Part shown: positions 50,300 to 62,989 of the stretch, piece after piece
Layout: each line of letters opens with the position of its first letter
How positions within the stretch are numbered: position 1 is the stretch's first letter
DNA from: Octopus sinensis
Taxonomy: Eukaryota
Reading direction: 5' to 3'
Length of the DNA: 64,000 nt
Assembly (NCBI RefSeq): GCF_006345805.1
Contig: NC_043005.1
Span: forward strand, 105,772,001-105,836,000
Program-made: the position numbers and the translations under genes
Notes under the pieces: model-generated
What the model saw: only the letters and a program-made list of their open reading frames with translations
Database searches by the model: none
What the model was told of the DNA's origin: nothing

Positions 50300-50519
50300 A
50301 CACACACGTATAAGCCCAAATATAATCGATGTATATATGTATTTGCCTGCGTGTGTATATATGTGAGTATAAACTGGAGCAAAAACTATATGAAACAAAG
50401 CAAAGCACTTTCTTATACATACACATACGTACACACACACACATACACACACATACATGTGTTTAGTACATGCACGTATATATATATATATTTATTGTAC
50501 ATACATCTATATGTCTGTG

Positions 50520-50910
50520 AGTTCAAATCTCTGTGTGTCTGCCTTTCAGTGTTTGTGTGTGTGTGTGTGTGCATGTGTGTACATGTGTGTGTATGTGTGT
50601 GCATGTGTTCATGCATACGAGCATGTGTGTGTGTGCATGTGTGTGTATGTATGTGTGCAAGCGTGCGAGCATGTGTGTATGTGTGTGCATGTGTGTGTAT
50701 GCATGTGAGCATGTGTATGTGTGTCTGTGTGTGCATGTGTGTGTATGCATGTGTGCATGCATGCGAGCATGTGTGTGCATGTGTGTGTGTATGCATGTGT
50801 GCATGTGTGTGCATGTCTGCATTGTGTGCATGTGTGCATGTGTGTGCATACATGTGTGCATGCATGCGAGCATGTGTGTGTGTATGCATGTGTGCATGTG
50901 TGTGTGTGTA
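50520..50910. repeat. (TG)/(CATG) compound microsatellite
   Basis: Direct reading. Confidence 0.9.
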
Positions 50911-52072
50911 AACTGGGACATAAACTGTATGAAACTAAGCAAAGTGCTCTCTTATACAAACTCATGGAATATTCTCAGAGTCTGCCACTACAACCAATTC
51001 CAGTTTATGTTCCTGCACCCCCACCCACCACAGTGTCAGCTGCAGTCTCCATATTGAAAATTCTTGCCCCATACCCATCTCCACATTATCATGACCCCCC
51101 CCCCGTCACACTAATGTGTTACTTCATAACCAGACACTCACCATCTTAGGTTCTATTATATTAATACTAGCACCACCACCATCACCACCACCACCACCAC
51201 CACCACCATCACCACCACTACCACTGTCATCATCATGATCATCATCACCACTACCATCACCATCATCATCATCATCATCATCATCGTTGTCGTCGTCGTC
51301 GTCAGTGTCATCATCGTCATCACATTCGTCGATCTACCACTACTGCTACCGCCACCACCACCACCACCACCACCATCACCATCGCCATCACCACTTCCAC
51401 CACCACCACCTCCACATTCCCCCAACACCAGTTTACTCCTTGTCTTTCATTTCAGCTACATCACCCCACATTCCAATTGCTCCTCCTTCACGGACATCAC
51501 TCAACCCCCACCACCTTAGATTACCACCATCCTCTTCCTGTTATCCCCCATAACAACTGCTGCCACCATCCTTGTTGCTCTCATTTCAGCCAGGATCTCC
51601 TTGCCCCCAACGAATTCACAGCAGAATTCTCATCACATAACCGTAAATGGCCATTACATCTAACTGCAAGTTCAATAAAACATCAATTATATTGAATACA
51701 ACATAAGCTGCTATGCAGTATTTTGCCATATTTGAAACAGCAGCCACTTTCCCTCAAATCGTACACAACTGTCACAAAACAGGAAAGTCACATTGTACCA
51801 TGAAGTCCTAGAAGTAGAAAAAAGGTGGTAAAATTAAGGTATGATCATCCTTGGCTTAAACAACAATAACAACAACAGCAGATATACAGAAATAGATAAA
51901 ACAGTGGCCTTAGTTGCAACACCTTTCATTCATAGGTTTGCTTGATGAGGGCTTACCTACTCTTAAACAACAACAAATTGTAACTGTAGGTTTGCAATGG
52001 CAAATTCTTGTGCTAAAACTAGAACAATGTTTAACCTGACCCACAAAGACAACTGGATTAACTGCTTACCAT

Positions 52073-52301
52073 TTAACCCTTTCCTTACTCTATTTATTTT
52101 GGGATGCTCTGTCTTTCTTTCTATTAATTTTGAATATAACAAAGAATTTAGTAAAATAACTTAGTTACCATTCAGCTAGTGTTAGGAACATAAATTGTGA
52201 CTAAAGTTTGGTGGAAGATTTCAATTCAAGACTTACGAAAACAAGACATTTGTACTCAGAGCCAGAGCCGGTTTCAGCTGGGTTGGTAACAAAAGGGTTA
52301 A
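52073..52301. mobile_element. TTAA-flanked MITE, second family
   Basis: ttaa ccctttccttac ... gtaacaaaaggg ttaa. Confidence 0.7.
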
Positions 52302-54009
52302 GCCTTAAACTGGGACCTGAAATCTAGCTGACTGACTGTCTTTTGGTCCATTATTCAACTAAATATCTGTAAAATATCAACTCTAATGTTTTTTTTCTTT
52401 TAATTTGACTTTATTGGTATCAGAATTAAGTGAATTTCAGCTGGTTTTCCAAACGTCCAAAACTAACAGCAAATCTCCCTCACAGTACACTGTAACATTT
52501 AAAAAAATGGGAAAATATATAATATAATGTATTAGGGAAAGATATGGAACACGTTTGGTCATAGGTGTAACTGGTCAGGTGTGAATTGTGGTTAAGCAGC
52601 ATGTCCTCACATCACTCTTGCGACTATCACAATCATTTCTTTCATATCCAGAATACTTATCAGGAATATTGGATCATTGATGCCAACATTTGACTGGTGC
52701 TTTATTTTATTCATTTTATTGACCAGGCAAGATATGAGAGGAGCAAAGTTGATCTCAATGAGATTTGATCTCAGTAGGTAAAAGTTACTGTAAAATGCAT
52801 GCATTTTCTCTGTTGCTCCTTTAATTCTGATAGTAACAAATATCTATGCTATAATAATGGAGGATGCTTAATAGTTAGCAAGGAGTAGGTAACAGTTACA
52901 AAAAAAAAAACGCTATCATTAAAGTCTACACTGACTAGAAAATTCATATAAATTCCAGTTGTAATATATATTTTTTATCAAAATGCCGTTTTGATTTACT
53001 TTCATTATTGAAGATTTTTAACTTCAGGATTTAATCACTAAAACTTAATTTTTATTCACAACAGTTACTTTCCACTATAGGAAGGTGTTTTAATGTCTCC
53101 ATTTAACTTCAGCATAAATAAAGAAGTCCCCCTCACTTTATTTTCTCATGTCTTTCTGAAAAATGAATTTCTTAAATGAAATTTTCTAACATAAGTTTCA
53201 GATGATGCAGATTATAGAGAAATTTGTGGTGGAAGCCTTTTTTAAAAGAGAAGGAAGGGAGTTTTGGATAATTCAAAAATATTGAATTTGTTTCCTCATA
53301 GGTTTTAGAGGAATCGCTAGTTTCTAATCAAATTTTCTACAAATGTCTTTCAGATATTGTAGATTACGATAATCTTGGAATTAAACATGAGAAAATAAGG
53401 AAGGATGGGTATTTTACACATCTCGACTTTGCTTCATCATATGTTTCAATGATGTAGATTATAATTATGTTGAAAATCAAAAAGACTTTTGAGGTCTACT
53501 CCATCCATTTTCAAAACTTCACTGAAAGGAATCTTTATAGAAAATTGAATACAATGCTAACACAAAATATTATATACATATTCCTTTCATTATTTTATTG
53601 TAATCTTAATCTCTCTTACACAAACTCAAAGGTATCCTACATACATACATACATACATACATACAGGTAAGTATGTATGTATGTATACATACATGTATGT
53701 ATGTATACATACATGTGTGTATATATATATGTCTTTATGTATGTATATATGTATGTGTGTATTTATACAATGTATATACATATGCATGCATACATATTTA
53801 TATATATTTATTTGTGTGAATGTATGTATTCCTGTATGCATGCATTTATGAATGTATGGAGACAACTCCTGGTTCAGATGACATGCTTTTTCTTGGGTGT
53901 CATTTGCATCACTTTAAATCTTTTTGGGGGCATTAACCACATTAATATCAACTGTCTAGGAGAAGGTGAATCTTAAAATGACTGCAGACACTTTTTCACC
54001 TTCCTTGAC

Positions 54010-54345
54010 TCATCATCATCATTATCGTTTAACGTCCGCTTTCCATGCTAGTATGGGTTGGACGTATGACTGAGGGCTGGTGAACCAGATGGCTGCACCA
54101 GTCTTCAATCTTGATCTGGCAGAGTTTCTACAGCTGGATGCCCTTCCTAACACCAATCACTCCGAGAGTGTAGTGGGTGCTTTTACGTGCCACCAGCATG
54201 GGGCCAGTCTGGCGGCACTGGCAATGACCTCGCTCGAATCTTTTACACATGCCACTGGCACAGGTGCAAGTAAGGCGATGCTGGTAACAATCACGCTTGA
54301 ATGGTGCCCTTTTACATGCCACTGGCACGGAGGTCAGATAGCTGC
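54010..54345 (-). mobile_element. RTE 3'-end copy with extended UTR
   Basis: Homologous to 62120-62490. Confidence 0.85.
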
Positions 54346-54659
54346 TCTAAAAAAAAAAACAAAGAAAAAAACCCAGGCTACTGTACACCTCCATCCTTTT
54401 TGCTTGATTCTGATATAGACTTGATTAAAATATTTAAATGTCTAAGATGAGTTGTTTGGTCATCTAGGGAAAAGACAAGACAAAACTACTTTTCACATTC
54501 AGTGGGTTCTGTTTTTCTGTCATGTTGTAAGGGATATAGACGGAGGAAGCATTACTGAAAGAGATGGAAGAAAGTATTATAGAGATTAGTATGTTTAGAT
54601 AGATCGATAACAGTATTGGTATTTGACAAAATGCGTGTGTGTGTGTGTGTGTGTGAAGG

Positions 54660-55420
54660 CTTGAAAAGAATAGTCTTTAGTCACCCAGAAAAAATACTGG
54701 CAAAGCAGGTATATAGGCAAACGGATAGTGAAATATGAGGATAGGAAAATGAATGAAGAGGAAGAGACCATCTCTTGCAGAGAAGGGATTTAGAGAGGTG
54801 ATGTGTTAGGGCAACACAAACATTCAAAGTGCATAAGTGAAAAGGAGAATGAGGGAGAGATTGAGAGAGATTGAGAGAGAGAGAGAGAGAGATAGAAAAA
54901 ATTGTGTATGATATTGAAGTGTGTGTCTGAAGGGAACGTGTTAGAAAATGATGAGAAGAGTTGGAGGTAAATTTTGAGTGAAAGGAAAAAGTAGATGGAA
55001 TAATATATAAAGTAGATAAAGAGGAAGAAATAAAAATGAGATGAGGAAGTGAGTATGGATCATGAAGGAGGGTGGAATAGTGAGAGTTTAAGAGTAAGGG
55101 CATGAGGGACTTTTCAAATATACAACAGGTAATTTGGCAATCAAACAAAGAAATTCTTAGTCACAAAGAAGCAGCTCAACTTTGAAGGAAGATTATCAGA
55201 AGTCGATGGACAACGTGAATTGGATAGAAAAAATGCTATAAGATTGCAAGTAATACAAACAGGGAAAGAAGCAAAGAGTGAGGTAAAAAGAACATGGATA
55301 ACTGAAAGAAAACAAAATAAAAGATAGGAAGAAAATGGAGCAAAGTTTGAATCAGTAATGTTAGCAATTAGTAAAAGAAAATAGAAATAAACCCCATCAT
55401 TTTTAATAAGCATTACACAA
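54660..55420 (-). mobile_element. decayed Penelope-like RT remnant
   Basis: SLFASFP...LIAFFLSNSRCPST...FFVTKNFFV resembles SLYTSIP...FFL..R..P.T...L..N.F.F. Confidence 0.4.
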
Positions 55421-55644
55421 ATGAAGTTTTGAAAGAAATTAACTACTATCTTTATATTTAGAGCATTTATATATAAACACCCTAGTTATAGAATGGTTAT
55501 GTACAAAAACGAAATGTATCTTCACTTGGTTGACACTAAATCATAATTCTCTACTTCAAGGCAATGCCCTTTCTTTTGCAATGCTTTCAAAGACAGGATA
55601 ATGAGGTAACCTTATGTGGTCCCTTGAGCTGCTAGAATGTTATA

Positions 55645-55845
55645 AGGCTGCAAGCTGGCTGAAACGTTAGCATGCCGTTACGTTCTGAGTTCAAATTCCA
55701 CCGAGGTCGACGTTGCCTTTCATCCTTTTGGGGTCGATAAATTAAGTACCAGTTACACACTGGGGTCGATGTTATCGACTTAATCCGTTTGTCTGTCCTT
55801 GTTTGTCCCCTCTATGTTTAGCCCCTTGTGGGCAATAAAGAAATA
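55645..55845 (+). mobile_element. SINE family B with 11-bp TSD
   Basis: TSD agaatgttata at 55634-55644 and 55846-55856. Confidence 0.9.
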
Positions 55846-56220
55846 AGAATGTTATATCGCAATACTGTTATGTTGCACATTCGGATGACTGCCGCTCAAC
55901 TCAACTCCTCGACGTCTAGACTTCTCCCTCTATATCTGCGTATTGGGCAAGCCTACTTCATCGTCTGGGGGCGTCCACACAACATAGAACTAGAATCAAA
56001 GTCTCTCTTACATCACACTCTGCCATCTTAAAGCAGGAAAGACACACTAATATAGATCTAGACACTTCTAAAAACAGGATGGCCATGGCTAGAAATCTTT
56101 GCATATATGTCTGCAGCAGCTAGATCATAGCTAAGCTAGGACTAAACAACAGCAACAACAACAACAACAACAACAACGACGACGACGACAACAACAACAA
56201 CAACAACAACAACAACGACG

Positions 56221-56254
<34 letters not shown>

Positions 56255-58042
56255 CGACAAGAACAACAACAACAATAACAACTTTCAAAGATAATTCTAC
56301 ACAAAAACTTATCTTTAAACATTCATAATATTATTTTCCTTCTCTTTACTCACACCTCATTCTTTTTTTTTTCTCCCACTTCTTGTTATTTTTTACTTCA
56401 TTTATTAACATGCACCGTGGAGCCAACAAAGTAGAGGGCTCTGTGTGGTCACTCAGCTGGCTAGAAATATCAACTCAATCCACTTAAAACTGCTCTACAA
56501 AAAATGCTCTGAAGAAAAACTAGATAATTTAGTCCAAGGAAGAACATGGTTGAAAATTGGAATAAAAAAGAAGACATTGATTGGTCACAAATGAAATATG
56601 ATGGGTTACAGATCTGTTGGATTGAGCCTGATCTGGATTAAATGACAACAACAATAACATCATGTGCCCTAAACAAATTAAACATTGGAAGCTGTGACTA
56701 TACAGAAGAAAACCTTTGATTATTCCTATATTAAAAATAAACACATTTTGTCTTCTACAACTGATAATACATTTAAAATAAAACAATAATTTATGACTGG
56801 CAAACGACAATAAAATATTTGCAAAGTTATTATAGGAGATTTACAGTCCTTCTTTCTTTCTTTCTTTTTTAGGTGAAGGCCATACTCATGGATCAATTTT
56901 TATCTTCTGTTTTTACTTCAGACTTTTTAACCCCTGGTTAAACAAGCTGAGAATTTTGAAAGGCATTTAATTATCGATTCTCTGCTTGTTATATTTATGT
57001 ATTTATTTATACATCTATTTATTTAGTTGTTCTCGTTGTTGTTATTATTATCATTATTATTATTGGCTGTTTTAAATATTTTTTGTTTCTGTTTTTAACA
57101 CCATCTTTCAAATAAACTGTTGTTTATTTATAAATATATAATGCACATTAACAGCTAGAAGACAAGTGTAAAGCATAAATCATTTAGAAGGCATGCCTGT
57201 AGACTGACACGAAAATACATGTTCACCAACAGATACACACACATGGTATTTAGCAAACACACACACAAACAGTTGTAAAAAAATTACCAATAAAAATTTC
57301 ACAAAATAAAGGATTTCCACCATACATAAATTAAAGAAGTTAACAAAATTATCTGAGAAGTGAAAAAACACAAGAAATTGCAAAACACACATACTAACAT
57401 AACGTTTACAAATATTATCTGTCATTCACATGCACACATGTGCGCATGCACATATATGCACACTCATACATACATGCACAAATGCATGCACATGGACATA
57501 CACACTACTCTGGAAAAAAGAAATAGTTACAAAAACGGTGCACATTTACATATGTACACGTTCACACAAATGTTTATAAAAACAAAATTCAAAAATAGAA
57601 TGCAGAGGAGATAGAACTGGGAAACAAAAGAAAGAGGAGAGAAAAACTTGTGAAATGGGTACAAAGTTAACAAGTCCATTCACACGCAAGCTATAAGGAG
57701 ACATGAATGAATGCATACACACCCGTAATGACAGATAGACATAATTGCAGACACATATGCACACGCATATACATATACACAGATGTATGCACATGCTGCA
57801 ATGATGCACATTCACACACACACACACACACACAGAGAGAAAAAGAGAGCAAGATAGAGATAAAGAGAGTGAAAGAGAAAGAAAGAGAGTATGAATACCA
57901 TATGTTCCATGCATAATACTTCATGGAACATATTTATGTTTAAATGCCGCCACTTTTGTTGCATAAGATATGTGAGGATACACATGCACACACACACACA
58001 CACATATCCATATGTGTATGTATATACAGGTATATACATATT

Positions 58043-59381
58043 TAGGGTCATCCTATAAACAATGTGGTTTTTTTTATACTTCTTTTATTTTTCGAAATTA
58101 AGATAAACAAAATTCTATTTTATTTGAAAAATATACTCCTACATTATCTACAATGCTCTTCCATCTATCTGGTAGACTTGCAAGGTCCCTCTTCCAAATT
58201 TCAATTGACCATGACGAAAAATACTCCTTGTCTACAGAATTCATATATTTTCTGTCCAAATGATTTTGAAGACTGTGGAATAAATGATCATCAGAAGGAG
58301 CAATGTTCAGTGAATATGGTGGGGGGTGGGACATTGTTTCCCATTCAAACTGCTCCAGCCTTTCAAATGTCGTGGCGAGCTGGCAGAAACGTTAGCACAC
58401 CGGGCGAAATGCTGTCTGTCTTTACGTTCTGAGTTCAAATTCTGCTGAGGTCAACTTTGCCTTTCATCCTTTCAGGGTCGATAAATTAAGTACCAGTTAT
58501 GCACTGGGGTACATGTAATCGACTTAATCCCTTTGTCTGTCCTTGTTTGTTCCCTCTAAGTTTAGCCCCTTGTGGGCAATAAAGAAATTAAAAAAAAATG
58601 TCATTCTTGCTGTATGTGGCCGAGCATTATCTTGATGGAAGAACACCTTTTGTCTTGAAAACAAAGATGGTCATTTTTCTTCTAGTACTGACTTAAGCCG
58701 CTCAAGCTGCTCACAGTAGATATCCTTTATTATCATTTGGTTTGGGTTTAAAATTTCAAAGTGGGCTAAACCTTTAATATACCACCGAACAGATAACAAC
58801 ACCTTACGTGGGTGAAAACCTTCTTCAGCCTGGGGTGCCAGTGTTTCTCGTTTTTCTACCCATTGTCTTCGGCACTTGACATTTTTATAGAGAACCAATT
58901 TCTCTTCACCAGTCATCGTTTGTTCCAAAACAGGTTCATTTGTGAGGTGTGACAGCAAAGAAGAGCACACATTCACTCTGCACGTGATTAAACTCAGAAA
59001 GTTTGTGAGGAACTCATTGACTTTGCAGGTGTTGATGAATGGTTGAATGACCAGATTCAAGATTCTTTGCTAGTTCCACAACAGTTACAATGGGATTTTG
59101 TTCCACCAGCATTTGCAGGATGTCCTTGTCAAGCTCTACATCTCTTCCTGGATGAAGCTTGTCTTCTAGGCTGTAGTTTCAGGCTCGGAATTTCTGAAAC
59201 CACCATTGACACTAGCTTATACTTATTGACCGATACCCATATACTGCATTTAATATTCCTCACACTTTCCGTTGCGTTGTTGCTTTTATTGAACTCATAA
59301 ATCAATATATGCCGAATATGTTCCTTTGTCACTTCCATTATGGCTTTGAAAAAATAACTGTGAAAATCAAACTGCACCCTG
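58043..59381 (-). mobile_element. decayed mariner (DD34D-type) element interrupted by a SINE
   Basis: MEVTKEHIRHILIYEF (N-term), TGEEKLVLY, HPRKVLLSVRW, HQDNARPH, HPPPYSLNIAPSDDHLFHSLQN. Confidence 0.92.
58372..58595 (+). mobile_element. SINE family B nested in mariner, 7-bp TSD
   Basis: aaatgtc at 58365-58371 and 58596-58602. Confidence 0.9.
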
Positions 59382-59407
59382 TATATGTATGCATACATAT
59401 ATATATA

Positions 59408-59770
59408 TCGTTACAAGGATGTTTGCAAAAGGGACATGAAGGCCTGCAACATCAATATTAGCGGTTGGGAGGCAGTTGACGGCAACTGTGGAGACTGGCG
59501 ACGTACCGTAAGAGAGGCAATACAAAGGAGTGACAGAGAGAGAGAGGAGAAATGGAAAGAAAAGAAGAGATGTCAACAAGAGACTATGGCATTACAACCA
59601 GCCAGGAACAGTCTTCGCTACATTTGCGGTACCTGCCAGAGGGAGTGTTTGTCCAGGATAGGACTACACAGCCACAGCAGGAAATGTATCAGGACATGAA
59701 ATGTAAAAGCCGGACTAGACTACTTTATGCGCAACTACATTGTCTCCCGAGACAAAAAGGATGCCAACAA
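59408..59770 (+). mobile_element. RTE (BovB-like group) 3' fragment
   Basis: RYKDVCKRDMK...WE...WRR...ICGTCQRECLSRIGLHSHSRKC. Confidence 0.85.
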
Positions 59771-59829
59771 CCAACATATGCTTACACATATATATATGTG
59801 TGTCTGTGTGTGTATACATCCATGACAAA

Positions 59830-60480
59830 AGGCTTCACGAATTAAGTCTAATACTTTTGAAAGGAATTACTCACAGTCCTTAATTGATAATAGAAGACAA
59901 TGGTCCAAGAAGTTTAAGATCCCAGAACTAAAATAAAAAAAAAACAAGAAATATGTTGGAATTGAAAGTTCTACCACACATTTCCACCAAGAATGCCCTA
60001 AACATTGAAGCATAAAACACCACATCCTAAAACATACCAACACTGAAAAGAAATACCAAGACTGAACTAAATCTTCGAAATGCTTACCATCATAAAGAAT
60101 GAAAGACAACCCATATAAATGAAAAAAATGCAAACAAAGGCCTGTCTTCTCACAATAACAGCAAGATCAGCAGTAAAGTAGAAGTGGAAGATCTAACTGT
60201 GATACATGTTTTAATCTGACAGGAAGATCAGATATTCCTTTTAAACAAGGACAACCCTTCACAATAAAAATACCTTCTCCTGTGCATCTGAAAGCTTAAT
60301 TTATACAATAACATGCTCAGGATGTGGAGAGAATTATATAGGAGAAATCAGGGTGTTCTTAAGATAATGAATGGCTTCGCTGAGATCTCAAATTAAAATG
60401 TGGTAATACAGACAATTGGCATATGTGCAGGTAAGAAACAAGCATATTCTATGATTTTTCCCAAAACCAATTTAGCAATT
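59830..60480 (+). mobile_element. Penelope-like linker + GIY-YIG remnant
   Basis: GRSNCDTC...PFTIK / TFSCASESLIYTITCSGCGENYIGE (frameshifted). Confidence 0.8.
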
Positions 60481-60784
60481 GCACAACAACAATGCATCAA
60501 AGAAAGAAACAACTTTCAGAACTAAATACTGAACACTTCCAAATAACGGTTGGAGAGAAACTGACATGACTACTTCCACTCCTGCAACCACTATTTCTGA
60601 AGCTGCCACTGGTGCTACTAGTTAAAATGGTAACATATTTTGATAAAAAGATGTAGATACTTTTTTTTATCCACGATAAAGTTCTCAATGTAATATCTTC
60701 ATTATACATACATATCTTGGCTCCCACTAAACAAATCAAAGAAAAAGCTTCAGCAAGTTTTGGTAATCTCTCATCTTCCAGATA

Positions 60785-61020
60785 ACTAATGCTCATATTT
60801 GCACCAATATCACGAGATGTTGATACCAAGTTGGTAACAAGGTCTTTATAGTTTACACATTTGTATTTCCCAAGGAAATTTTGCACTACTTTTGCAAATG
60901 CTAGCCAAGCTGATGCTTCATTTTCATGAAATTCGAGTCCTTCAAGCGCTTATGGATCTGTGGCCCATCAAAAATCCCTGCTTTAAGTTTTTCAATCATC
61001 AAGTCTGGAAATATACTTCA
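60785..61020 (-). mobile_element. Chapaev3-like (CMC) transposase C-terminal fragment
   Basis: FPDLMIEKLKAGIFDGPQI and VVQNFLGKYKCVNYKDLV...IGANMSI; family assignment is recalled from motif memory, not searched. Confidence 0.55.
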
Positions 61021-62119
61021 GATATCTTTGAAGCACTCTCCATTTTTGTCAGGCTGTATTGGTCTTTGCTTTTTTCTTGGATAACATTGGTGGTGTGGAG
61101 AGGAAAGGCTGGTATGCATGGGCGACTACTGGCCTTCCATAAACAACCTTGCCCAGACTTGTGTCTTGGAGGGTAACATTCTAGGTGCAATCCCATGGTC
61201 ATTCATGACTGAAGAGGGTCTTTACTCTTTTTAATATCACTCCACTCTCACCATTACAGCTATCAGCATCTTTAACACCATCAACAATGAACAAATGCAG
61301 TCACTCAATACGCTTGAAACAACTGCCAACTTGTGGTCACTCAAAATGCTAGAAATATTGGCCAAGTCTCTCTTAGATTACACCTTACTGCCACATATAA
61401 GGACAGGACACATTAAATAGTGTAGAGATTCACTCAAAATGACTGGATGGTCACATGTGGAATATCTTTGATCATAAGTTTTCTGGTTAATGATTGATCT
61501 GGGGACTAAACTACACCAAGGGCAGCTTCCATGGCTCAAAAATGTGTCATCAACAAAACAGATGTCAACAACAATACCTTCAACATCATCACCAGCATCA
61601 TCATCCACAACAAAATTGATCATAACAACAACAACACCATCTATAACAACTGTGACAACATGAACCAGGATGACAATCTTTAATTGAGGCCTTAGGCAAG
61701 AATTGTTTCACCTATATCTGCCTGACCAGTTCATGGTTTATTCATGAGAAGTCTCTCCCACCAGATCTCCATTAGGTAAAGGTTAACATATGACCCGTAT
61801 TAGGTACTGGGATTGCAATCACAGAGCAATGGACTACACAACACCATTACTACATCCACCACAACAAAGATGATGATGACGATGACCACCACCATGACTG
61901 CTTCCGCCACCACTGCATGAATAATAAGAAAAGCTCAATAGAGCTGGAATTCAGAAAACAAAATTGGTAAATAATACATGTAGAACCCTAGAAAAGTCTT
62001 GCACATTTTTACCATTCCATTTCTAGCTGGCTGGTCCTTTTGCCTGAAAATCTTAGCTTTTCTAGATTATAACTTAAATATTTCCCAACATACCTAAATG
62101 CACTAATAATAATTATTGA

Positions 62120-62490
62120 TCTCATCATCATCATCATCATCATTTAACGTCCACTTTCCATGCTAGCATGGGTTGAACGATTTGACTGAGGACTGGTGAA
62201 CAAGATGGCTGCACCAAGCTCCAATCTTGATTTGGCAGAGTTTCTACAGTTGGATGCCCTTCCTAATGCCAACCTCTCTGAGAGTGTAGTGGGTCCTTTT
62301 TACGTGCCACCGGCATGAAGGCCAGTCAGGCAGTACTGGCAATGACCTCGCTCAAATCTTTTACACATGCACCAGCACAGGTGCCAGTAAGGCGACGTTG
62401 GTAACGATCACGCTTGAATGGTGCCCTTTTATGTGCCACTGGCATGGAAGCCAGTTGGCTGCTCTGGCAATAATCATGCTTGGATGGTGC
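62120..62490 (-). mobile_element. RTE 3'-end copy with extended UTR
   Basis: (atc)n then tttaacgtccactttccatgctagcatggg... Confidence 0.85.
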
Positions 62491-62989
62491 TCTTGACACC
62501 CAATGTAAATTTTCCTTGAGCAGGTCACTCCATTCCATTCTGCAGTTAGAAACAAGCACCAACCTTCTGCAAGTTCAGTTTTTCTCCCTCCAAGTTGTCT
62601 AACCTTTATGTTGCGTTGGGTGTGTGGGGTGTTGAAAGGGTGTATGAATCTGCTCACACTAGCTACATAGGTACCTAAAACAATTAATGAAAGTATGGTG
62701 CAGGTTTCCAGATCATACTCCCTTGTGGGTGATGGCTTAGCCAAATATAAATTTATAATCAAGGGATAATAGCTGTTTGTTTTAAAGCAGTTATTCATAG
62801 ATATTTTCCTTCTCACTGAAAAGAAATGTTAAAGAAATGTTCACATCTGCAGGGTAGAAATGTTTATGATTGTTTGTAAATTTCAGCTGAGTGCTGGGGT
62901 CAGTGTAATTGACTTGAACACCACCTCCACTTTAAATTCCTGACTTTGTGCCAAAATTTGAAACCAATATTATTTTCACCCTCAAGTTA

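Noticed and set aside
56845-56975. Acceptor-like ctttcttttttag followed by a 30-codon frame
   Set aside because: Pyrimidine tract is a (CTTT)n microsatellite; peptide unrecognisable.
1505-59845. The many 60-290 aa ORFs rich in YI/HT/CV/poly-T/poly-H/poly-I in the ORF track
   Set aside because: They are translations of (TA)n, (CA)n, (CATA)n and trinucleotide tracts or of SINE bodies; no domain signal.
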